From the NCBI RefSeq assembly GCF_006345805.1, contig NC_043013.1, forward strand, positions 24,428,001 through 24,492,000: 64,000 nucleotides of DNA, read 5' to 3'. Positions within the stretch are counted from its first letter, which is position 1, and each line of letters begins with the position of its first letter. Positions 53,667 through 64,000 of the stretch are shown here, piece by piece. Source of the stretch: Octopus sinensis. Lineage: Eukaryota. The notes beneath the pieces are model-generated. The model searched no databases, had not been told where the DNA came from, and worked only from the letters and a program-made list of their open reading frames with translations. Both the position numbers and the translations under genes were made by a program.

Positions 53667-54910
53667 TATCTATCTATCTACACATATATTTAAATAAATA
53701 AATAAAATAATCACTATATTTCTACTTCTACGTCCTCTCTAACAAAACCGTTTCTGACAAATCCACTCAGAGAAACACTTAGTTTCACTAACTTCCTCCT
53801 CTTTGTTATTCTAATAATTTCTGATGAAGTGAAAATATTAAAGTAAAATACATTTTACATTAGAAACAGTTTATAATGAATGAATTTTTGTTAAAGGTGG
53901 TAAAGACTGTAATATGATACACGCTAAATGATTATCAGCAACACACAAGAACACTGTGAAGAATATCAACGGAGGGTGGAAACAAGTTTGTTGTCGGTAT
54001 CATTAAACCCAACTGGAATCAAAGCCATTACTGTTAGTTCAATGTTCAGGGAACGTATTTACGTTTACTTTGATTTTGAAGTTATTGTTAAAGTACTGAC
54101 ATATTTTGAAAACAAAATTATTTTATAGATATTCCGTCTAGTTTGCGCTTACACGCAACATTAGACATAGCCGACACTCTCCATTCTTTCAATATTATTT
54201 ATTCTCAAGTTTATTGCAATAACTAGAACTGACTCTCTGTTCTATTTTACGTAGTTATATCCCATACAAAAGAAAACTTCTGAATGCAAATATAAATATA
54301 AAGTGAACATTGTTTGATAAAATATCCTTTAGAAGTAATATATTCTTAGCAGACAGGTTAACAAAGGCTTATTCAGATCAACATTTGTTATATAATAGAG
54401 CAAGAACAAAAAGAAAGTTACCAGTCTATTTGGTCTATGCTATTAGTACATAATTGTAAAGATTAGTACATAATTGTAAATAATAACGACAACCGCCGTA
54501 GAATGGAGAAGTAGGCACTCTAACAAGAATAACGAAGAAAAGAAGAAAAATTGATTATATTAGAACATTGAGGTGGTAGATCGAATTGATATACTCCCAC
54601 CCCACGCATAAAATATAAACGTACGCCTTTTTTTAGCCTCAACTGTAATTTTAAGTTTGGCTTTAAGGTCAATACAACTAAGTTATGACCATCAAAGTTT
54701 CTGGCCTTGTATCAAACATCAAACAAAATATTTCGTGGTATTGCTTTCAAATTTTTACGTTCTTAGTTCAAATCCTACAGAAATTAGTGTTGTCTTTCGG
54801 CCTTCTGAGGTTAACAAAATAAACTACCACTCAATTAGTGGGATCAATATATTTTGATTAAATTCTCTCTCAAATTGCTGACCCTTAGCCTATGTTAGAA
54901 ACAGTCACTA

Positions 54911-54943
<33 letters not shown>

Positions 54944-55089
54944 TACTTATCTCCATCAAATCTTTCATTCTTATTACTTTTTACCTTATTAAAAATATGT
55001 CCACGCTCCTTCTTGAACCATTATAAAGCTGGTATCCAGATTCCGTGACGTAAATATTCCCCTACCTGGACGAGATATCGATTCGTCGC

Positions 55090-55215
55090 AAGATGAGTGG
55101 ACTGGAGCAATGTAAAATGATGTGCCTTGCTCAAGAACATAACGCATCATCGGTCCTGGAATGGAAACCACAATCTTACAAAAATAATTGCAACACCCTA
55201 ACCACTAAACAACGC
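55090..55215 (-). mobile_element. Degenerate tRNA-derived SINE head
   Basis: TAGTGGTTAGGGTG...GGTTTCCATTCC...TTGAGCAAGGCAC. Confidence 0.55.
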
Positions 55216-55835
55216 GATTCCACAATTATTACCTTACCATCTTTTTACTTATCTGCATTAAGACTTTCAACCTTAATTTATACAATTGTTGTATTCTTAC
55301 TCAATCAAAAGAAACGGAATCCTATAATGGAAAAACCATCAGATTACACATATTTTGGATTGTTCCATAACCATAGAAGGGGAATTCAAATTTACATTTA
55401 AGACGACCAGTAGTTTTTGCCTTTGTCACAATTTCTTTCTGAGCTGATTGGTATCGGATCATATCAATTGCTTCACATTTGATTGAAGTCATAACGTTTG
55501 CTTAATCCACAATCTGGATAAACCTTGTTATATTTCTCTATGGATTATATACATCTAAATACGTTTTTCTTTTTTTTAATGAAATTTTACTTGAAAATAC
55601 AACACTCATATATGCAAACGCGCGCGCTCACACGCACACCAATACGAACTCGTCTACCTAGTAAGAAATAAAACCCAAATCTTCACATAACACCTTACAG
55701 TCTAATGAAAGATGTTTGATGATGTGATTTCAGTTTCCTGGAAAAGACGGATTACCAGCGGTAGGAATGGTTTTGACCATTGGTCTAAACGTAAAAGAAG
55801 CACATGCGGCTGATCGGTAACAGCAGCAACAATAA

Positions 55836-56342
55836 GCACACACACACACACACGCACACATGTACACACAAACACGCACACACACATATACACACACACG
55901 CACACACGCATATACACACACACGCGCACACATACATATACATACACACGCGCACACACACGCACACACGCATATGCACACACACACGCACGCACACACG
56001 CATATGCACACACACACGCATACACACACATGCACACACACACACACGCATACACACACATGCACACACACACACACACACACGCACACATGTACACACA
56101 AACACGCACACACACATATACACACACACGCACACACGCATATACACACACACGCGCACACATACATATACATACACACGCGCACACACACGCACACACG
56201 CATATGCACACACACACGCACACATGCATACACACACATGCACACACACACGCACACACACATGCATACACACACATGCACACACACACGCACACACACA
56301 CGCATACACACACATGCACACACACACACACACGCACACACC
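55836..56342. repeat. Cryptic (CA)n array with internal roughly 150-bp duplication
   Basis: The pattern at 55840-55990 recurs at 56070-56220. Confidence 0.85.
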
Positions 56343-56446
56343 CGTTTATACGAACAAATATACAACTCGTTTGCTTTGATTTTTTTTTTTTTTTTTTTTT
56401 GTTTTTAAATGAACTGAACGTTTTTTTTTTGTTTCTTCCGGAACAG

Positions 56447-56585
56447 GATTCGTTTCCATAATAAAAGAGGTCGTCGTCTACAGCAACTCTTCCGTTTATG
56501 TCACCGTCACCTACCTGCAGCCTCCCCAAAGCCACATCCGCAAACAAGGAAAATGGTTTTGTCAGCTCTATGACGTCATCCAAAG
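56447..56585 (+). CDS. Exon encoding the C-terminal half of the VirK-like domain
   Basis: Poly-T tract and CAG acceptor, donor AG|GTTCGT, phase 1 to 2. Encodes (G)FVSIIKEVVVYSNSSVYVTVTYLQPPQSHIRKQGKWFCQLYDVIQ, in frame with the 47700 exon. Confidence 0.8.
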
Positions 56586-56717
56586 GTTCGTCGCATAATT
56601 ATTTACTCTTTTGTCGAATCCATACTCATCAATCATTTCTTAGTTTTACAGAAGGCGCGCGCGCGCACACAAACATTTTCTTTTCTCTCTCTCTCTCACG
56701 TACACACACACACATAC

Positions 56718-56759
<42 letters not shown>

Positions 56760-56949
56760 TATATATATATTTTTTTTGCTGTTTTTAAATAAATGTCCAG
56801 TTCCTTTCGTTTGTGTCTATGTTTTCGTTTCTCATTGTGTTCGACGTCCTTTTTGGTGTCTTGTACGCATATATGCGTGTATATGTACATGTAGAGGTAG
56901 GTACGTACATATATGTTTATATATATGCATATGTTTTATTTTATTTATT

Positions 56950-56954
56950 AATAT

Positions 56955-56995
<41 letters not shown>

Positions 56996-57881
56996 TATTT
57001 ATATGTATGTATGTATATAAATATATGTATGTATATAAATATATCTATCTATATATGTATATATATGTATGTATATATATATATATGTATGTATATATAT
57101 GTATATATATATATGTATATATATATTTATGAATATGTATATGTATGTATATATATGTATATGTATGTATATATATGTATATGTATGTATATATATGTAT
57201 GTATATGTATATATATGTATATATATATGTATGTATATGTATATATATATATATGTATGTATATATATATTATGTATATATATGTGTATATATATGTATA
57301 TATATGTGTGTATATATATGTGTATATATATGTATATATATGTATATATATATGGTATATATATATGTATATATATGTATATATATGTGTATATATATAT
57401 GTATATAGATGTGTGTATATAGATGTGTGTATATATATGTGTGTATATATATGTGTATATATATATGTGTGTATATATATGTGTGTATATATATGTGTAT
57501 ATATATGTATATATATATGTATATATATATATGTATATATATATGTATATATATATATATGTATATGTATATATATGTATATATATATATATGTATATAT
57601 ATATGTATATATATGTATGTTATATATATGTATATATATATATATGTATATGTATATATATATATATGTATATATATATGTATATATATATGTATGTATA
57701 TATATATGTATGTATATAATATGTATATATATATATGTATATGTATATATATATGTATATATTATATATATGTATATGTATATATATGTATATGTATATA
57801 TATATATGTATATATAATATGTATATATATGTATATATATGTATATATATATATATATATGTATATATATGTATATATATG

Positions 57882-57912
<31 letters not shown>

Positions 57913-57934
57913 GTGTATATATATGTATATATAT
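56950..57934. repeat. About 1 kb (TA)n/(TATG)n microsatellite
   Basis: Directly visible tandem repeat. Confidence 0.95.
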
Positions 57935-58034
57935 AAAGTTAATCCAAACAAGAAAACACAGAAAAAAACACAGCAACGCGAGGACGTGGAACAATTAAAG
58001 TATTATTTGAAGCTCAGGAAAGAAGGGAAGGAGG

Positions 58035-58069
58035 GTTTAACGTTTCGAGCGGAGCTCTTCGTCGGAAAC
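58035..58069 (-). ncRNA. Minimal hammerhead, identical to 13615-13649
   Basis: Exact reverse complement of the 13615-13649 motif, within a Penelope-like terminal repeat at 57935-58115. Confidence 0.6.
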
Positions 58070-58129
58070 AAGGAGAAGGAAAGATCCCGAGAAGGGAAGA
58101 CAGAGGAAAAAAATATTTTTGCTGGTGGT

Positions 58130-58780
58130 GCTCAAGAGATCACATGTTGAAAGAGAAGAACCCCAGCAAGAGCTACAAGGGCAAAAGCAGAAACATCCGC
58201 AAATTCTACCAGAAGGGAGACTGCTGGCATGGCGTCGATGGTGCAAACTGTCGTTTTGCACATCAGAAGCCCTGCCAAAACCGCATGGACACAAGACAAA
58301 AATCCCTTCCTCTGGGAGAAGAAAAATAAAAATATAAAAGAAGGAAAAACGGCGCACTGACCACTCCTGAAAGACGATATGCGGATGTAGTGCGCGGTCC
58401 ACAAAAGATACTGCATAGCCCAACAAATGGCCAGCTTCACCCAGATGTGAGAAGGGCAGCAGCTGAACAGCAACCTTTTTTGTGCATGGCACAAAAAATT
58501 GTTCAGCAGCTGACATGGCTACAAACACAAAGCTGGAACTACCACCAACAGATGCAGGAAGGCTACCACAGACACCAACACATACACCACAAAAATATTT
58601 CTACTGAACGTAGGAGGGCTGCTGCGCGGCAACTGCAAAAGGAAAATATCATTCCTGAGAGACCTTGCGGCATGCAATCAAGCTATATGCATGGCACTCA
58701 TAGAAACGCATCTTGGACCCGATATAGGGGATGCAGAAATACACATACCGCAATATGCTGTCATACGCTCAGATACGCGT
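58130..58780 (+). mobile_element. CR1-like LINE ORF1 end and ORF2 APE start
   Basis: CCCH-like finger KFYQKGDCWHGVDGANCRFAHQKPC, then FLLNVGGL...MALIETHL...EIHIPQYAVIRSD. Confidence 0.75.
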
Positions 58781-59239
58781 GCGAATGCAACTCTCGAAGT
58801 GAGCCTTTTAAAAACAGATTCAGCTGCAAATCATATGATTTCATAATTAGTGCATAAAATGCACTTTTTAATGGTCCGTGCAAGCATAAGCAAGACACAT
58901 AAAAATGAACAAAAATATATCAACATGCCAGGCGAACACCAAAGTGTATACATCATAGTACATAGAATTGTTGACACTTATATATCTATGTAAGTGACGG
59001 GATGTTTATTATGGTAGTTTGAATTTATTACAGTAGTTTTTACTTTAAGTGTCCCTCCTAGCGTGAGGGCATTTATGTATAGTAATGCCCTTAATATAAA
59101 TAAATATATTTAAGGGGAATAATTAATAAATTTTTCCCTTATGGGGTTTTTCATGCTAACTACTTGATAAATTCTTATAAATATTTTATCCTATTTTTAA
59201 ATTACACACACACACATATACACATATGTAATGTATGTA

Positions 59240-59430
59240 TGTGTCTCTGTGTCTGTGTTTGACAACCGGTGTTGCAGTGTTACATCCCAGTAATTTAGCG
59301 GTTCGGCAAAAGTGATCAATAGAATGAGTACCAGCTTTAAAATGTAGGGTGGGGGGACGATTCATTCGACTAAAATACGTCAAGTCGGTGTCCCAGCATG
59401 GCCGCAGTCTAATGACTGACACATGTAAAA
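59240..59430 (+). mobile_element. SINE family B 3' part
   Basis: TTAGCGGTTCGGCAAAAG...CAGCATGGCCGCAGTCTAATGACTGA. Confidence 0.7.
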
Positions 59431-59798
59431 TAGATAGATAGATAGAAAGAAAGATATGGCAGGAAATAACGGTTGAACAAACTCGGTGGATCGACCAAAG
59501 AATATTATAGTATTGATTAAGTTCCGGAGAATATACACGAAAAAGAGAACATTTAAAATCTTTTCTTGTAGGAAATTTACTGTTTTTTGGGGGTTTTTTT
59601 CAAGCTCAGGCAAGAATTTTTACAAATTCAAAATGATCCTACATGAGTTGTTAAATGTTATATGAATTAGAATTCAGTTATATCTACTCTATCACGAATG
59701 TTTTCTATTTTATATAAATAGTTTGACACTTTCCATCTTGATTTAGAGTGATGGTTAATGTACAAAGTAGATTAGGATTTCTTCAGAGAGACACTACC

Positions 59799-59859
<61 letters not shown>

Positions 59860-61299
59860 GCATGTATGCGTGTGTATGTATACCACTTATATGTATATAA
59901 GTGTATATATGCATGTTATTACACATACATATACATATACAAATATATATACACACATATGTGTATAGGTATAGTTATGTCAATGTTTCCTGTGGTATTT
60001 AATGGTCAAGTAGATTCGAGACGCAGCAGATTTAAGATGATTTACTTCAGTAATAACAACAGTTTTGGAATTTTATGTTAAGTGCGCTGAACATGATTGA
60101 ATTATACGCAAACTGGAAATAATTAGCTTCTGTGAGATCCGATCCATCAGTGTAAAAGTTTTATGACCCCAAATTGCCTTTTATTGGAACTTGTCTAGAT
60201 TGGCATGTTTCAACTACAAAATGCTGTTGATGAGATTGAGGGTGTTATTTTTATGGCCAGAAGAGCTGGATTAATTTAGAGAAATCATAACAGAGAAAAT
60301 AGCTAAATCAGAATTAATTTTAGCCAACCTGTACTTTGATGTGTTTCCAAGCGCAAAATGCTAATAAGATTCAAGTTAGTGATTAGCAAAATCGATATCT
60401 CTTCAATCATACTACCTCTGCCGGCCTTAATGGAAGTGGTGCTTTTTTGATTTTTGTTTTTCATGAATACTCATCACAAACTATGATAATAACAATCAAT
60501 TCAAAGGGAAACTTTTTTGCTGAAGGTTAATAACCTCTCCCGTTTAAAGTTGGAGTTAATAAGTTCAATGCCTCTTCAAGTTCAATGCCTCTTCTTTATA
60601 GCCGTAATGTATCATCCTCCTTGTCACATTTTATGCAGCATGATTACAAGTATTTCTGTTTCTATGGCATTAATCCAATCACATTTCAACGAATTAAGTA
60701 TCCTGTTAGTTATAGAATTCACAATTAATAATAAAATGTTTACTCAGGTCTCAAGTTTATGTTCTCTTTCTTGAATAACTTCAGTTTCTAGTATTTTTCC
60801 TTTTAAAACTGAAGATTTAAAATGCGAGTCATGTATTTTACTGAAGCATTTTGCAGTATGTATTCCTCGCCAATAAAATTTATTCCAATAAAAGTTGTGG
60901 CTTTGTAACAAGATAGCACAATGCAAGTTGTTACTACTAATTCGCTCCAATAAAAACAGATTTAGTCCTAATCCTCCACAAACATTTTCGTACGAGCTGA
61001 ACTTAGTTACTCAACACAAGCGTCAGTGTCAACCCCTTCTCAATGACAACAATTGTGGCCCTAAACAACTTTTGTTTTTGCATTTTTACTTTGATTTTGT
61101 TTTCCCAGCATCATTAATTGACTTTCATTGCTGCTAAGATTGGAATGAACAAATCTGGTATTTCTATATAAACTCTATTGAAAAAGACAATCAAATTCGG
61201 AAGTCTTTTTTATATTTCTTCATTGTATACGCAGCTCAAGGAAAAGTAATCGACTATATGCTGATCGGAAAACGGAAAACTCCACCTTACGTTCTTTTA

Positions 61300-62556
61300 T
61301 TAGGTTGTCAAGAAAGTTCTTGCAGAATTTAAAATTTTGTTTTTAAATGAAGTGTTTTCATATTAATTTTCGTTAAATTACTTTGATTTTATATATAATT
61401 TTAAAGCCCGTTTTTCGCTCTATCTAATCGTGTTAATCTTTTTCTTTTTGAATAATTAGGCCATTTTTCTGGAACGTTTAATACAACATTAACAAAAAGC
61501 AAATTCGCACAATTTTCTTATTCGAGTTCAAGCTAGGCCGAAAAGCTGCTGAAACAGCTCGCGATATCAACGATGCGTTTGGCCCAGGAACCACTAATGA
61601 ATGAACAAAACAATGGTAATTCAAGAAATTTTGTAGCGATGACGAGTCTTGAAGATGATAAGCGTAGTGGTCGCCCATCGGATGTTGACAACGATCAACT
61701 AAGAGCTTTAGTCGAGGCCAATCCATGCACAACTGTTCGAGAGCTTGCTTCTGAATTAGACATAACGTATATGACAATTTCCAACCACTTGAAAGAGATT
61801 GGAAAAACAGAAATATTTGAGAAATGGGTGCTGCACGAATTGAACAACAACAAAAAAAATCGCCGTTTTGAAATGTCGTCTTCCCTTCTTTTATGCAATA
61901 AGAACGACCCGTTTCTCGACCGGATTATGATTTGCGATGAAAAATGGATTCTTTACGACAACCGCCGACGCTCAGCTCAGTAGTTGGACGCCGACGAAGC
62001 TCCACGGCACTTTCCGAAGCCAAAGTTGCACCAAAAGAAGGTCATAGTGACTGTATGGTGGTCTGCGACCGGTCTCATCCATCACAGCTTTTTGGATCCA
62101 GGCGAAACCATTACGGCGGAGAACTACTGTCAGCAAATGGATGAAATGCATAAGAAACTCCGACAACAGCCAGCATCGGTCAATAGAAAAGGACCAATTC
62201 TCCACGACAAAGCTCGACCGCACGTCGCACAACTGACCTTGCAGAAATTGAACGAATTGGGCTACGGAACTCTGCCTCATCCGCCATACTCACCAGTCCT
62301 CTCACCTACTGACTGGAACTTTTTCAAGCATCTCGACAACTTCCTGTGTGAGAAATGCTTCAAAAACTAAGACGATGCCAAACATACCATCAACGACTTC
62401 ATTGCCACCAGAACGCATAGATAAGCTTGTTTCGCGTTGCCAAAAGTGTGTTGATTCTGATGGTGTTCATTTCGGTTAATAAAGTTTTGTTTGAGCCGAG
62501 ATATGTGTATTTGAATTTAAAGGTTAAGAACCGCAAGAACTTTCTTGACACCCTAA
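61300..62556 (+). mobile_element. Full-length mariner (Hsmar1/cecropia-like) with inactivated transposase
   Basis: TIRs TTAGG(T/G)TGTCAAGAAAGTTCTTGC with TA flanks. Motifs RSGRP, WVLHEL, CDEKWILYDN, HDKARPH and HPPYSPVLSPTD, with in-frame stops. Confidence 0.95.
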
Positions 62557-62792
62557 TATTTCCAGTAGAATTTCGTTTTGAAATTTTTGTTTACAACTTT
62601 AACTGATCATTTCGTTTTTCTTCCTCCAGTTGTTGAGAGGCTATGCACCTCCGGTCAACGAGTCTAACGCGTCGCCCGTAAAGCTAAGAGCCTTATAAAT
62701 GTGAAACTAATGGTCACTCCCTGACCGTCAATAATAAACAACTTCTAATGTTTTGGAGTGTGCGTCTTTTCGGATATATGAACTACCGCCAG

Positions 62793-62844
<52 letters not shown>

Positions 62845-62845
<1 letters not shown>

Positions 62846-63290
62846 TCTTACTCTTTTACTTGTTTCAGTCATTTGACTGTGGCCATGCTGGAGCACCGCC
62901 TTTAGTCGAGCAAATCGACCCCAGGACTTATTCTTTAGAAGCCTAGTACTTATTCTGTCGGTCTCTTTTTACCGAACCACTAAGTTACGGGGACGTAAAC
63001 ACACCACCATCGATTGTCAAGTGATGTTGGGGGGACAAACACAGTCACACAAACATACACACACACATACACACATATATATAAATACATATATATGGCA
63101 GGCATCTTTCAGTTTCCGTCTACCAAATCCACTAACAAGGCTTTGGTCGGCCCGAGGCTATAGTAGAAGACACTTGCCCAAGTTGCTACGCAGTGGGAAT
63201 GAACTCGGAACCATGTGGTTGGTAAGCAAGCTACTTACTACACAGCCTCTCCTGCGCCTATGATACTTACCACAAGCCACTCCTGCACTT
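62845..63290 (-). mobile_element. SINE family B, full length
   Basis: Matches 36427-36818, with a short duplication at the head. Confidence 0.9.
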
Positions 63291-64000
63291 CTATATATAT
63301 ATTAAAGGCTTCTTCCAATGCGCCAGAGAAAAAATTTGTTTGCTTGTTATCAGTCGTAAGAACTTGTTGTTTTCACCGTTAATGCTTCTGTATTTCATGT
63401 TTCTGTATTCCATTATTGTTTTTTTTTTTTTTATATCTGTCCCTTTTGCTGTCCTGGTGTTCGTTGCATTCGATTCTTCTTCCAGGAATCTACGCTTCCA
63501 GCTTAGTTTTTCTAATGCTCGTTGCTTAGTTTTTCTTGGAGGGCTGGCCGTGATCTAGTAATCTCAAGATTAATCAGCCGAAATTACTACGATGATCCGG
63601 TTCTTGACTGAAGACTGAGGGTTTCGAGTGTCCTGTCCGTGTTTATTGTGTCGTCTTCTAAGAGTTATACGTTCTTGTCCATGTTGTATTTTTCTACATA
63701 CATACCTTAACATATATTCCAGGCGCCCCGTACCCCCCTTATCATTAATGTGAGCACATATTCTTAATAATTGGTACGACTCTCTGTTTGTCTCTCTCTC
63801 TCTCTCATTTTTACTTGATCTGTCCCCCTCTCTCTCTTTTCTCTCTACTCATCCTCTCTTTCTCTTCTCTTTCTCTGATTCTTTGGTCTAGTCTTCCACT
63901 ACCCTCCTATTTCTTTGTCTCGCTCTGCACCACAGGTCATTCTTCGACACCCATCCCTTCTCCTCTCTGATTCCTTCTTTCTCTCTCTTCTCTCTCTTTG

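Noticed and set aside
55733-55816. Exon-like segment inside the 47993-56446 intron
   Set aside because: The two flanking exons already join into a contiguous domain, and the only frame open across this segment is out of phase.
55702-56583. 293-aa minus-strand ORF
   Set aside because: It is microsatellite plus the antisense of the real + strand exon at 56447.
56813-57998. Long ORFs rich in Y/I/M/C/V (up to 334 aa), and similar ones at 4.5, 38.5, 40.0 and 55.7 kb
   Set aside because: They are translations of (TA)n, (TATG)n and (CA)n microsatellites.

Overview
AT-rich, microsatellite-dense eukaryotic DNA. The SINE, LINE and Penelope content looks like an octopod cephalopod genome (inferred from repeat families, not verified). 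Almost all ORFs in the supplied track are microsatellite or transposon artefacts. The main signal is a spliced + strand gene that the ORF track misses. Five GT-AG exons (about 7580-7591, 17565-17704, 25694-25744, 47700-47992, 56447-56585) join in one open frame. The product has a signal peptide, a basic propeptide with RGRR/RRSR sites, and a roughly 125-aa two-cysteine domain resembling bacterial VirK (PF06903-type). The gene probably continues past the window. Its introns and flanks hold Penelope-like retroelement remnants with six minimal hammerhead ribozyme motifs, two foldback non-coding elements, a 216-bp-arm palindrome, R4/Dong, Tx1/L1, CR1 and RTE LINE fragments, Helitrons, tRNA-derived SINEs and a full-length decayed mariner. 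All family assignments come from motif recognition by eye; no searches were run.
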